Sequence record: MZ475891.1
DNA: 64,000 nucleotides
Direction: 5' to 3' (one strand)
Shown here: positions 34,506-45,176 of the stretch, piece after piece
Layout of the letters: each line of letters starts with the position of its first letter
Position numbering within the stretch: position 1 is the first letter of the stretch
Program-made: the position numbers and the translations under genes
The notes under the pieces: generated by a model
Databases searched by the model: none
Told to the model about the DNA's origin: nothing
What the model saw: the letters and a program-made list of their open reading frames with translations, nothing else

Positions 34506-35651
34506 ATGACTAATTCATCTCTGCCTTTCGTTTCTTGGTTCGAACGTGACAACTACTTTGATGACATGCTTGAGCGCCTCGATCTCAAACGTCTCTGGGG
34601 CTATGTTGAAAAGAACAACGTGGTCAACAAGACTAAATACAATCTGCCTAACCTCACTGCTTACCACACTACCGAGCACATGAAAGAAGTTGCGTGCATC
34701 GCGTCCTCTCTACTGCACCGCGAGTCGAACCACGACTGGCAGATTCGTCTGATGGAATATCCGTTAGTCGTCGCGTGCCTTTTCCACGATATGAATCACA
34801 GTCTGGGTAAATATACTGATGACGTGAACATCAACCATGCGCTCGTTGCGTTTAATGACTATCTTAATAGCAAAGATGAGAATCAGGGCAACGACAAGCT
34901 GCTGTTTGAATATCGCGATCAGATCTGTGCGCTGATTCGTTGCACCCAATTCCCGTTCCATGACTCACGCAAGCCAACTAACCTGATGGAGCGCTGCATT
35001 CGTGATGCGGATATTCTATACGGCCTGCAGGATGACGCAATGCCTGCTGTTGTGATTGGTCTACTGGATGAAGTGAACGTTCGTTTGGCCCCAGAAAGCA
35101 AATACTCCACCGCACAGTGGGTGGCAGGTCGCATTGAGTTCCTGTTGTCCTGTGAGATGTTCACCGAAACTGCTAACAAAATCTTCTGTGATGCTCTCAG
35201 CACCAACAGTCCAAACTATCACGGAAATGTGCTGCAATCTTTCCTTGAGATGAAAGTGCGGCTGATCGATGTTCGTGCAGGTAAGTTACGTGGTGGCGAT
35301 GTTATCTGGACAGACACAGAGAACGACTCAACCTATCGTCCACGCCAGATCAGAAACATCGGCAATGAAGCGCTGCCAGACGTTAACGTGTATTTCACTG
35401 ACGGTCAGGCTTGTGGTTATCGTAGCGGTGAGACCGTTCAGTTGCTGCCTAATACAGAGATGGTAAAGCTCGAAGACATTGTAGTTGGCGACATTATTCT
35501 TGAGCCTGCACAGGGTGAAGTGAAGCGCGATCTACATCGCATCGTAAACATCGCTAACGCCGGCCTGCACGAGAGCGTGCTTTATCTCGAAAATGGCGGT
35601 GTGTTTACGTCAGCGCCCAAAGGCCGCGTCTGTCGTGTAGTCAGCAAATAA
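34506..35651 (+). CDS. HD-domain phosphohydrolase with tandem C-terminal beta-repeats
   Basis: YHTTEH, ACLFHDMNH, IRDADIL; C-terminal AGKLRGGDVI and LEDIVVGDII repeats. Confidence 0.8.
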   Translation: MTNSSLPFVSWFERDNYFDDMLERLDLKRLWGYVEKNNVVNKTKYNLPNLTAYHTTEHMKEVACIASSLLHRESNHDWQIRLMEYPLVVACLFHDMNHSLGKYTDDVNINHALVAFNDYLNSKDENQGNDKLLFEYRDQICALIRCTQFPFHDSRKPTNLMERCIRDADILYGLQDDAMPAVVIGLLDEVNVRLAPESKYSTAQWVAGRIEFLLSCEMFTETANKIFCDALSTNSPNYHGNVLQSFLEMKVRLIDVRAGKLRGGDVIWTDTENDSTYRPRQIRNIGNEALPDVNVYFTDGQACGYRSGETVQLLPNTEMVKLEDIVVGDIILEPAQGEVKRDLHRIVNIANAGLHESVLYLENGGVFTSAPKGRVCRVVSK

Positions 35652-35652
35652 C

Positions 35653-35696
35653 TGGACGAAATAAGGCTACTCTGCTTAGGCTGCTTATGCTATAAT
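35653..35696 (+). promoter_or_regulatory. phage promoter, upstream-box class
   Basis: TGGACGAAAT at 35653; CTTATGC-TATAAT with the -10 at 35691 (38 nt offset). Confidence 0.75.
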
Positions 35697-35720
35697 ATGC
35701 GTGAGCAGTCTTTTAACTTA

Positions 35721-35734
35721 TTCTCAAGGGAGAA
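35721..35734 (+). promoter_or_regulatory. SD-in-tetraloop RBS hairpin
   Basis: TTCTC-AAGG-GAGAA before the ATG at 35739. Confidence 0.55.
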
Positions 35735-35738
35735 ACGT

Positions 35739-36413
35739 ATGTTTAGAACATTCAATCCAGATATGACAGGCAAGTTTTTCGTAATCGAACACAGCTTTAA
35801 AATTCAAAACATCTTTTGGATGGGCTTCAAAACGATTGATGGCAGAGAAATCATTTTGCCTATTCCTGCACGTGACGCACAGAGTGGTTATCGTGTTGGC
35901 CGAGAAGCGGCCTTCCCTGTAATTCGCTCCAACATTAATACGAACGCTGACCCAGATTCAGACGTCTTGTTCGAACATACGGTAGGCATCTTGCATATGC
36001 GAGCACGCCGTTTCGAAACTCAGATCATGACGCGCACTGCCGTCTCTTATACTGGCTTGCTGCCTGACGTCCGTATGGCAAAAGAGGGCGAGCGCTATGT
36101 TACGCCTCTTAATTCGTTTGAAGGTCCTCTTATTCCTGCACTGAGTCGTCGTCTTACTCATTTCTGCGAAGAAACGCCGATGCTGCACAGTTCTTTCCTT
36201 GAGACGTTCTCTGACGAAGAGTGGTCGAAACTGAAAGCCGCACCTGTATCAATCAATGATTGGCATAGTGTTTCTAACTCTATTCGTGAGGGTAAGCTAA
36301 AGCCTACAGTTAATATCCCAGACTTCTATCTGTCTACCCGTAAAGAAGATACGACAATACCGTCAGACGTTATCGAATATTACGCCGAAGCTAACGCACG
36401 AGGTGATAGTTAA
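35739..36413 (+). CDS. hypothetical protein (224 aa)
   Basis: RBS and promoter upstream. Confidence 0.75.
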   Translation: MFRTFNPDMTGKFFVIEHSFKIQNIFWMGFKTIDGREIILPIPARDAQSGYRVGREAAFPVIRSNINTNADPDSDVLFEHTVGILHMRARRFETQIMTRTAVSYTGLLPDVRMAKEGERYVTPLNSFEGPLIPALSRRLTHFCEETPMLHSSFLETFSDEEWSKLKAAPVSINDWHSVSNSIREGKLKPTVNIPDFYLSTRKEDTTIPSDVIEYYAEANARGDS

Positions 36414-36646
36414 TGAGCAACGTCATTCATCAAACGTCCGAGACTGTCTTCTACGTTCTCGGTGCTGTAACCCTTTTAGCTCACCTTGTGGGCTTCGTTA
36501 AGAACTGGCTCAAGATTCATGAGATGCGCCAGAAGCGCCGCGATAAACTCGCAAAAGCTAAAACTCCGCACGAAAAGATGCAACGCCGTCTGGGCAAAGC
36601 TCGGCGCGATGCTCTGCTTTATAAACCCCGCAAAGTAAGGAATTGA
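36413..36646 (+). CDS. small protein with one hydrophobic segment and a basic tail (77 aa)
   Basis: TAATG coupling. Confidence 0.7.
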   Translation: MSNVIHQTSETVFYVLGAVTLLAHLVGFVKNWLKIHEMRQKRRDKLAKAKTPHEKMQRRLGKARRDALLYKPRKVRN

Positions 36647-36648
36647 TT

Positions 36649-36951
36649 ATGTCTTCTGATTTACGCCGCAAGCTCATGGCTGTGCTTGACAAGATGTTTG
36701 AGCACAAGTCTGAAAACAATCTCGCAGACGACACGGCCTACTCCGTACCTCGTTCTGAGTTCTCTATGATTGCACCTGAGAGTGCTGCTGAGAAATGCGC
36801 GGTCATTACAGAGATTCTGCGTGATGGCCACATCATCAATCTGTACGGTCCGTATGCGGTTACTGTTAGTCGTGACAGTGAAGGCCAACAGGTGTTTGTG
36901 TTCGTCCGCGTCCCAGACTATCAAGACATTGTTGCTGTGGAGAAACTGTGA
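36649..36951 (+). CDS. hypothetical protein (100 aa)
   Basis: AAGGA RBS. Confidence 0.7.
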   Translation: MSSDLRRKLMAVLDKMFEHKSENNLADDTAYSVPRSEFSMIAPESAAEKCAVITEILRDGHIINLYGPYAVTVSRDSEGQQVFVFVRVPDYQDIVAVEKL

Positions 36952-37499
36952 TGGAACAGATCGACATGTTCTACCAAGATCAGCCTCAGCAAACAACAAC
37001 GCGTGCTGAATACTATAACCCGCACATCTCAGAAGAAGATCGTCTTCGCCAGTGGCGCTATGTGCAAGCTGCATTCGGCGGCGGGCCTGCAGGTAGTCCT
37101 ATTCGTGTTGAGAAGATGCCGAAAGACATTACCAACATTCATGAGTTCATCATTGTGCCTAACGAGAAACAGCGTAAGGAAATGAATGAACTCATGGGTG
37201 ATCCCGAAGACCCGTCCGACCAGAAGTATCTGACGATGCTGTACACATACACGACAAAAGTCGGTATGATGGTACGCTCGTTCCAAGAGCTGGCTGAACG
37301 TGGTGGCCCTATGGGTTGTCTCAACGTGTTCACTACAACGAACATCTATGAGTCTCGCCTGCTTGTGTTCTGGAATAAGAACCCTCTCGAAGATCAAGAG
37401 GAGTACACACAGTGGCTTGACCACATTCGCGGTAACTTCAACAAGAAGTCCCGACGCTTCTATGAGATTTCCTCAGAGCGTGAACTTTACTCAGCATAA
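36948..37499 (+). CDS. hypothetical protein (183 aa)
   Basis: GGAG RBS, overlap with the previous stop. Confidence 0.75.
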   Translation: MMEQIDMFYQDQPQQTTTRAEYYNPHISEEDRLRQWRYVQAAFGGGPAGSPIRVEKMPKDITNIHEFIIVPNEKQRKEMNELMGDPEDPSDQKYLTMLYTYTTKVGMMVRSFQELAERGGPMGCLNVFTTTNIYESRLLVFWNKNPLEDQEEYTQWLDHIRGNFNKKSRRFYEISSERELYSA

Positions 37500-37536
37500 T
37501 TCATTTTGGCCTTGCGGGGCCAATTAGGAGAACATC

Positions 37537-38928
37537 ATGATTTTCGATCTGCGCAAAAGTTTGGCCATGGTTCGTACCGTAATCGATGACCAAGTAATCT
37601 ATAACTTCTACAACATGATTGGCCGCGAGATGCAACTGTCTGGTACTACTCTCAAAGAGATTATCGACGTGCAGCGTAAGGGCGAACTGTGCACCAACAT
37701 CATGTGGGGTACTCAGAAGATGGAGTATCGCACACTCAGATTCGATGAGCGTGGTGATCTTCTCTTAGACGTGACCGTTGGTCCGCATTGCTACGCACGG
37801 CTCTCTTACGATCAGATTGAACATTACGGGCGCAAAGAGTTTAAGATTATTAACTGCATTGAGATTGATGGCTACCTAGCCCGTGATATTAAAGCGCATC
37901 TTCGCGCAGTGGGTCAGACTGAGCCTAAGCTCGAATGGTACGACAACGTGTCGGATGATGAACTGAAGGACGCTCTACTTTCAGTTGGCCACATGGGACC
38001 TCTGGCTTATGAAGGTAAATCTCGTAACCAGTTAGAGGACATGTTTGAGAAATTCCAGCGCAAGCACGATGGTGAATACAAATATACGCACTCGGCTATT
38101 GGCTTAGACCCAAATGAAAAGCTGCCTGCTGATTTGTATGAAGATGAGGCATGCTCAATCACTCGTCGTTCGTTTGCTCCTCAGAAGACTGTCGATATGA
38201 TGATCACTGAGATCTCAAACGTGATGCGCATGTTCGATATCTGGGACTCAGCGCCAACCTCTGAGACGCATGAGTGGTCAATGCAGGAAGCATACATGGC
38301 CTTCTATAATAGCTTAGTGATTGATAGCGATGGCAGCCGTCTGCGTGAACTGAAAGATAACCCACAGTTCGCTATCAACTTCATCTACGGTATGGCGGCT
38401 GACCTGAACTGGATTCACATCAACGAGATGACCGAAGACTATCGTGGCTCGGTTGTGAATCGCATCCTTCAGGAGATTGCTGTTGAGATCAGCACCTCTG
38501 ATGATTACTGCACGACGGAGCACGGCATTGCTCTTATTCAGAAAGAAACAGAAGAAACAGAAGAAGAGGAGGATGCTTCTGAGCCAGTCTCCATCGAAAA
38601 GAAAAAGAAGAAAGGCTTCCCGGATATTCGTTCAGTAGAAGAGGTGAACTATGACGCACTGCATATCATCGAGATTACATACAAACTGCCTAAGCAGCCT
38701 AAGCTGCGCACTAAGCTAGACGTACTGCAATCTCGTGAGTGCTATCTTGAGCACTTCTTCGGTTGTTTGAAAGAAAATGATTGGCATAGATTAGACAATA
38801 TCACTAATCTTGATCTGCGCCGTATTGTTGGTGCTATTACTAAATCTAATGGTGGTAGATTCAGCCACAACGCCCTGTTAAACATAATTAAACGTGCAGC
38901 TAAGAAACTGGCTGCCACTGAGTTCTAA
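37537..38928 (+). CDS. hypothetical protein (463 aa) with possible HeH-like motif
   Basis: AGGAG RBS; NVSDDELKDALLSVG...KSRNQLEDMF. Confidence 0.8.
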   Translation: MIFDLRKSLAMVRTVIDDQVIYNFYNMIGREMQLSGTTLKEIIDVQRKGELCTNIMWGTQKMEYRTLRFDERGDLLLDVTVGPHCYARLSYDQIEHYGRKEFKIINCIEIDGYLARDIKAHLRAVGQTEPKLEWYDNVSDDELKDALLSVGHMGPLAYEGKSRNQLEDMFEKFQRKHDGEYKYTHSAIGLDPNEKLPADLYEDEACSITRRSFAPQKTVDMMITEISNVMRMFDIWDSAPTSETHEWSMQEAYMAFYNSLVIDSDGSRLRELKDNPQFAINFIYGMAADLNWIHINEMTEDYRGSVVNRILQEIAVEISTSDDYCTTEHGIALIQKETEETEEEEDASEPVSIEKKKKKGFPDIRSVEEVNYDALHIIEITYKLPKQPKLRTKLDVLQSRECYLEHFFGCLKENDWHRLDNITNLDLRRIVGAITKSNGGRFSHNALLNIIKRAAKKLAATEF

Positions 38929-38962
38929 TCCACTATTATACCTAACATTGTAGGGAACCAAA

Positions 38963-39385
38963 ATGAATTTCAATCCAAACATCATTGTTGTTGATCGTGT
39001 TGTCGTCATGGCCACCAAAGAGACCACAGACAAGTGGGCTGTTGCTGCAAAGCAAGATCGTGACAACGCACAGTTCGGTATGGCTTTATTGCACGCGGAG
39101 CTTCAACGTAAAATCAGTAGCACGCTGCGCAACGCCAACCCTGAATCGATGTTCCGTCCAGAGATATTCTGGGCAGACTACGGCCCGCTCACCGTTAGCG
39201 GCTTCATGTATATTGAGAGCAGTGCGGACGAAGAAGTGTTGAATCAGGCAGATGACCGTGATTACCTGTGTCATCTCGAAGCGATCAAAAACATCGCCGC
39301 ATCTATGGGACACACCGTTGTTATTCAGCGTGTGAAAGCCCAGTTCCCTATTGTCGATACTCGCATACCTGTTGCTTATGCCTGA
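38963..39385 (+). CDS. hypothetical protein (140 aa)
   Basis: AGGGA RBS. Confidence 0.7.
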   Translation: MNFNPNIIVVDRVVVMATKETTDKWAVAAKQDRDNAQFGMALLHAELQRKISSTLRNANPESMFRPEIFWADYGPLTVSGFMYIESSADEEVLNQADDRDYLCHLEAIKNIAASMGHTVVIQRVKAQFPIVDTRIPVAYA

Positions 39386-39395
39386 GAGGTGACCT

Positions 39396-39692
39396 ATGTC
39401 TGAACAAACTCAATTGCCTGGCCAAGTCGTTATCGTTTGTGTTATGCAGGAATCTGATTCTTTCATGGGTCAGAAGTTTGATGGCTATGTGTACTTGCTC
39501 AATCCAGAACACAAAGAGATGTTTGAACGTCACCTGCAGGCGCACAAAAGCCGTGAGAACTATTCACACATTATCAGCCACGCTAATCACTATATAACTA
39601 GCACGGGCTTCGATGCGCTTCATGCTGCTATACGCAAAGACGCAAACAGACCCTGGCTGTGGTCAGATACTGATTACACGATAACTGCATAA
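39396..39692 (+). CDS. hypothetical protein (98 aa)
   Basis: GAGGT RBS. Confidence 0.7.
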   Translation: MSEQTQLPGQVVIVCVMQESDSFMGQKFDGYVYLLNPEHKEMFERHLQAHKSRENYSHIISHANHYITSTGFDALHAAIRKDANRPWLWSDTDYTITA

Positions 39693-39695
39693 ATC

Positions 39696-39739
39696 TGGAC
39701 AAAATAGAGGTAGCTAGAAAAAGCTGCCCCTGATATACT
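39696..39739 (+). promoter_or_regulatory. phage promoter, upstream-box class
   Basis: TGGACAAAAT at 39696; TGA-TATACT with the -10 at 39734 (38 nt offset). Confidence 0.8.
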
Positions 39740-39767
39740 AAAAGCGTAGCTTGTGCTGCGCTTTTTT
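39740..39767 (+). terminator. terminator-like hairpin directly after the promoter
   Basis: AAAGCGTAGC-TTGT-GCTGCGCTTT followed by TTT. Confidence 0.5.
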
Positions 39768-39773
39768 ACTTTC

Positions 39774-39787
39774 TGTCTGAGGAGACA
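39774..39787 (+). promoter_or_regulatory. SD-in-tetraloop RBS hairpin
   Basis: TGTCT-GAGG-AGACA before the ATG at 39793. Confidence 0.6.
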
Positions 39788-39792
39788 ACTAA

Positions 39793-40257
39793 ATGAAACC
39801 AATCAAAGCAACTGAGGCTGACAAAGCGCTTCAAAACGAATGTATGGATGCTGTTGCTCAGTGCATTATCCTGAACACACCCGACTGGCGCGATGTGGCG
39901 ATTGCAGGTTTGCGCCTGTATCTGGTTGCATCGAGTATGAGCGGCGCGGAACTTCCGTGTATGCAATTCGAGCACAACGGCAAGCCTTGTCGTTTGTCGT
40001 TTAAGATGAACGTTGTCGATGAAGGCGAAGACTTCACTCCAAACGAAGTCAACCAAGCGCACCAACAAGAAATGGTCGAATGCATCCTCGCTAAGACCGA
40101 AGCTCTTGGCGGTTACAGTTACTTTGATTTGTTCATTTGTGCAGGACGCCTGTTTATGATTGGCTTCGACGGTATGGCCGACACCGTTCCTGCTCTGATG
40201 TTCCGCTCGGACAAAAAGAACTACCGTGTTAACTTGATTACAACGGATAATTCGTGA
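39793..40257 (+). CDS. hypothetical protein (154 aa)
   Basis: GAGGAG RBS. Confidence 0.75.
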   Translation: MKPIKATEADKALQNECMDAVAQCIILNTPDWRDVAIAGLRLYLVASSMSGAELPCMQFEHNGKPCRLSFKMNVVDEGEDFTPNEVNQAHQQEMVECILAKTEALGGYSYFDLFICAGRLFMIGFDGMADTVPALMFRSDKKNYRVNLITTDNS

Positions 40258-40436
40258 AGACCACCAACGACCTGATTAAAGAATTAAAGCAACATCGTGT
40301 TATCATCATTGAAGAACACGACAAGCACATTCTGCCTGACCTGACATTCGCCCTGAGTTGCTTATGCATCGATCATACGAAACGTGTGGTCGAAACAAAG
40401 CGTAGTGCTCAGGCAACCAAAATCAAACTCGCATGA
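40254..40436 (+). CDS. hypothetical protein (60 aa)
   Basis: GTGA overlap. Confidence 0.55.
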   Translation: MKTTNDLIKELKQHRVIIIEEHDKHILPDLTFALSCLCIDHTKRVVETKRSAQATKIKLA

Positions 40437-40443
40437 GGTTACT

Positions 40444-40881
40444 ATGAAATTTGATCAAGCCCCAACGAAAGCACAGCTCGTACTGCTGGCACTCGCTCTC
40501 GAATCCGTTCTCCTCTCTATGGAGAAAACGTTTATCAACCGTAACCTGCTGGAGCAGTTACTTGCGAAGTACGGCATCTCGTTTAACGACCTGAAAGAGT
40601 TGCGCGAGTACGGTGAAAAGCATTCCGCCATCGGCACCAGCGTTGCTCAAGTTATGGAGATAGCTGCATTGAATGTGGCTCATCTGAAAACAGAGCCGAA
40701 GCCTGAATACAGTCAAGACGACCTTGATCTAATTCGCGTAGAATACGAGCCAATCGATACGTCTGTCCTGCGTCAGGGCGCTGTGAATGATGGTGTTATC
40801 ACAGTGCAGCAAGCAGCCACTTTTGAGCGTGATCAGATACTGACTGCTATTCTTGAGTACCGACTGCGCTCAGAAGCATAA
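40444..40881 (+). CDS. hypothetical protein (145 aa)
   Basis: GAGG RBS. Confidence 0.7.
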   Translation: MKFDQAPTKAQLVLLALALESVLLSMEKTFINRNLLEQLLAKYGISFNDLKELREYGEKHSAIGTSVAQVMEIAALNVAHLKTEPKPEYSQDDLDLIRVEYEPIDTSVLRQGAVNDGVITVQQAATFERDQILTAILEYRLRSEA

Positions 40882-40884
40882 ATC

Positions 40885-40928
40885 TGGACAAAATCGTGGT
40901 TGTAGCAAAAACCGTCCTATGTTATAAT
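40885..40928 (+). promoter_or_regulatory. phage promoter, upstream-box class
   Basis: TGGACAAAAT at 40885; CCTATGT-TATAAT with the -10 at 40923 (38 nt offset). Confidence 0.8.
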
Positions 40929-40985
40929 AGAGATGTAGCGTAGACGTGAGGTATGCGCTATAAATTGAATGACGCGTTTTTGCTT

Positions 40986-41078
40986 GACTGTAAGGTAGCG
41001 GTATCTTACAGTCCTTTTTCAAGTGGCTTCGAAGTTTGAGGCTTCTTGCGAAAGGGTTCGATACCCTTTAAGCGCTTT
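40986..41078 (+). ncRNA. structured leader RNA (copy 1) with a tRNA T-loop-like hairpin
   Basis: 12-bp hairpin GACTGTAAGGTA/TATCTTACAGTC, then CTTTTT, a AAGTG...CGCTT stem and AAAGGG-TTCGATA-CCCTTT. Confidence 0.4.
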
Positions 41079-41136
41079 CGGATTTACGCGGTTTTCACCG
41101 ACTGTGCTTTCATATTAAATCGCAAAGGAAATTGTT

Positions 41137-41958
41137 ATGCCAGAAGCACGCAAACCTCGCCCAGCTGATCGTTTCGCTAAAGCCCGTGCAGAGAAAAACT
41201 CACCGGAGCGTCAAGATGCGGCAGCCCAGCGCACGTATAAAGACACTCCGCCTAAATCTGTTCAGGTGAAACTTGATGCTGTGGCAGCTTCTAAGAAGAA
41301 AGTTTCACGCGGCCCCAAGGCATCTCGTCCGCGTCAGTCGCCTGTTGTTGACGCAGCACCAAAGCCTCGCATTCGTGATGAGGAACGTGTGTACAATCTC
41401 GTACACATGATTCTCTCTGCGTGGAAAGCCGATGCAGAAAACGCGGCGGTAAGTGTGGGAATCATTAAAGTGTCTCGCCGTAAGATCGAGGGTGCGTTAC
41501 GCGATCTCAAGAATACGCGCTTCACTAAAATCCCAGGCTTAATCAATGACGTGCTTGTCTACAATGAACTGGTAGCTGAGTTCGGACAGTGGGTGTACGT
41601 CGAGCACGACAGTCCTGATTGGATTTTTGTGCGCCTGCCTGAAAACAGCACGCCTGTGATTCGCGCTGACATTAGTTACGCCAAGACGGGTGAAACTTCC
41701 ACGTCTGTTTCGACTTCTAGTGAAGTTCTGCTGAAAGATCTTAGCGAAGACGAAGAAGATGAGATCCCCGATAATGTCGAGTACGACGATGCGGACGAGA
41801 CTGACGAAGACGAAGCTGAGCCGTATGACTACAGCGCTTGGTCGCTGAGTGACCTGCAGGCTTATGCAAAGCGTTATGACTTCCTGCAGCCCGACACTGA
41901 GGGGTTCGATGATCGCGAGAAGTTGATAGCAGCCATCGAGCTGGGGGAACAGCACTAA
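41137..41958 (+). CDS. hypothetical protein: basic N-terminus, acidic linker, C-terminal HeH-like motif (273 aa)
   Basis: AAGGA RBS; SAWSLSDLQAYAKRY...DREKLIAAIE. Confidence 0.8.
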   Translation: MPEARKPRPADRFAKARAEKNSPERQDAAAQRTYKDTPPKSVQVKLDAVAASKKKVSRGPKASRPRQSPVVDAAPKPRIRDEERVYNLVHMILSAWKADAENAAVSVGIIKVSRRKIEGALRDLKNTRFTKIPGLINDVLVYNELVAEFGQWVYVEHDSPDWIFVRLPENSTPVIRADISYAKTGETSTSVSTSSEVLLKDLSEDEEDEIPDNVEYDDADETDEDEAEPYDYSAWSLSDLQAYAKRYDFLQPDTEGFDDREKLIAAIELGEQH

Positions 41959-41967
41959 GCACAAATA

Positions 41968-42012
41968 TGGACAAAATAGTGGTAGTATCTAAAGCATGAC
42001 CTGTGCTACACT
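41968..42012 (+). promoter_or_regulatory. phage promoter, upstream-box class
   Basis: TGGACAAAAT at 41968; CCTGTGC-TACACT with the -10 at 42007 (39 nt offset). Confidence 0.75.
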
Positions 42013-42015
42013 ATA

Positions 42016-42135
42016 GATCGAATGCCTTGTAGTTTTTTGACTGTGAGTTACTTTCCGGCTCACAGTCCTTTTTAAAGTGCTCTCACAAGAACGCTTTAAA
42101 AAGCACAGACTGCCTGCGCTTTTGATAGACAGCAT
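42016..42135 (+). ncRNA. putative ~120-nt small RNA (copy 2 of the structured element)
   Basis: ORF-free interval between two promoters; hairpins GACTGTGAG/CTCACAGTC (42039-42067) and CTTTTTAAAGTG/CGCTTTAAAAAG (42068-42103). Confidence 0.45.
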
Positions 42136-42140
42136 AAATC

Positions 42141-42184
42141 TGGACAAAATCATGGTTGTATCAGAATGCTGCCTGTCATACACT
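42141..42184 (+). promoter_or_regulatory. phage promoter, upstream-box class
   Basis: TGGACAAAAT at 42141; CCTGTCA-TACACT with the -10 at 42179 (38 nt offset); TTGTAT as -35. Confidence 0.75.
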
Positions 42185-42226
42185 TTAATGAGTCGAGCAA
42201 TAGTGCTCGCAACAAACTAAATCCCA

Positions 42227-42240
42227 ATACTGAGGAGTAT
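42227..42240 (+). promoter_or_regulatory. SD-in-tetraloop RBS hairpin
   Basis: ATACT-GAGG-AGTAT before the ATG at 42246. Confidence 0.6.
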
Positions 42241-42245
42241 TACAC

Positions 42246-43838
<1,593 letters not shown>

Positions 43839-43860
43839 GTAACCTGTAGTTCTGAATACA

Positions 43861-43880
43861 TGCGGCTCGAAAGGGCCGCA
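43861..43880 (+). terminator. GC hairpin with GAAA tetraloop
   Basis: TGCGGCTC-GAAA-GGGCCGCA, no U-tract. Confidence 0.5.
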
Positions 43881-43895
43881 CACTGACAACAAAGT

Positions 43896-43909
43896 TGATT
43901 GAGGAATCA
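43896..43909 (+). promoter_or_regulatory. SD-in-tetraloop RBS hairpin
   Basis: TGATT-GAGG-AATCA before the ATG at 43914. Confidence 0.55.
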
Positions 43910-43913
43910 CATT

Positions 43914-45176
43914 ATGTCAAACGCAAATAAAACTCTGCTTAACGCTCGTGTACGTCTGTCCACTGGCACAACTACTTTCATCAACAAGATTAACGCGAAC
44001 GGCTACGGCATCGATGCTAAGGGCCCACAGATTTCTGTGAAGCGTCTTGTTATTGCAGGCAAAATGCTCAAAGAGCTGGCTGAGCCGCTGCCGCAAGGTG
44101 AATACGTTGTGCTGAACGGCGTCACTGTGAAACTGAACAAGCGCCAGCAACGTGAGCTTGCAGAGAAAACGCTCGACACTAAAGCGCTGCTGCCTGATTT
44201 AAGCAAGCTGACCTACGTTGACCCGCAGACAGGCAAAGTCACTGATTCAAAAGTGAAGGCGCCTAAAGCTGGCGCGAAAGCAAGTCTGAAAGCAACGCGT
44301 GAGCACAACAAAGAGCCGAAGCGTAGTCGCAAACAGCACAAAGCTGAAACGAACGATCTCAAAGACAGTCTGGACATTATCGACGAACGCAAATCACCGA
44401 AAGCGTCTCTGATTGAACGTCTGGATGCAGCAATCGCCGAAGCGAAAACGAAAGCACGCCGTAAGCTGTTAGCCGAAACGTTCGACATGGACTGGGCTGA
44501 TATTAAAAAGCATGGCGGTGCAGGTATCGTTAAGCAGCATGGCCGCAAGAACGCCCAGAAGTTTATTGATCGTCAGACAGTGCAGGTCGATAGCACAACG
44601 TTCATCAAACAAATGCCAGCGCCGCTCAAGCGTCTTATTCAGGACACTGAGTTGCGTCTCAATCAAAAGCAGATTGAGCAAGTGCTTGGTGCGCTGGGGC
44701 TTGATACGCAATTCTACGCAGTCGCCGTGCAAGAGCTGCTGGGCAAACTCAAACTGTCCATAGGCGGCCGCGTGATCGAAGGCGAAGTTGTTCGAAAGGA
44801 GAACACGCCGAAGCCAAAAAGGTTCGTACACGCTGAGGCGCAATACGCAGATAAGAAAGAAGCGAAACGCCGCGTAAGCAAAATGAAATACGCGCTGCTG
44901 ATTCCGCCTACGAAAGGTCTGCCTGCGTTACGCATTCATCAGGCAGAGGCAAAGCAGTCACTCGCCGTTATGCTGCACCTGAAGCCTGGGAACATCAAGC
45001 GTGGTCTGCTTGCGTATGACAACAAAGGCCGTGAGTATATGTATGTCGCTTGCGATATGACGGGCCCTGTGTTCATCGATAAAGATAGCAACGAGCTGGC
45101 GTTCACGTATGCCAATCTGATCGATAACTTCAAACTCAAAGCGCAGCCTGTGTCTGAACTGGACGTGGCCGTATGA
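43914..45176 (+). CDS. Lys-rich protein, apparent paralog of the 42246 gene (420 aa)
   Basis: similar N-terminal beta domain and similar L.pG....Y...G....D domain. Confidence 0.8.
   Translation: MSNANKTLLNARVRLSTGTTTFINKINANGYGIDAKGPQISVKRLVIAGKMLKELAEPLPQGEYVVLNGVTVKLNKRQQRELAEKTLDTKALLPDLSKLTYVDPQTGKVTDSKVKAPKAGAKASLKATREHNKEPKRSRKQHKAETNDLKDSLDIIDERKSPKASLIERLDAAIAEAKTKARRKLLAETFDMDWADIKKHGGAGIVKQHGRKNAQKFIDRQTVQVDSTTFIKQMPAPLKRLIQDTELRLNQKQIEQVLGALGLDTQFYAVAVQELLGKLKLSIGGRVIEGEVVRKENTPKPKRFVHAEAQYADKKEAKRRVSKMKYALLIPPTKGLPALRIHQAEAKQSLAVMLHLKPGNIKRGLLAYDNKGREYMYVACDMTGPVFIDKDSNELAFTYANLIDNFKLKAQPVSELDVAV

Noticed and set aside
35250-35651. Second intein/Hint domain at the end of the HD protein
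   Set aside because: It has a.dL..GD motifs but no N-terminal Cys/Ser block and no His-Asn terminus; treated as tandem beta-repeats.
41021-41078. tRNA gene suggested by the GGGTTCGATACCC T-arm
   Set aside because: No 7-bp acceptor stem at the right distance, no D-arm and no CCA; kept only as a structured-RNA finding.
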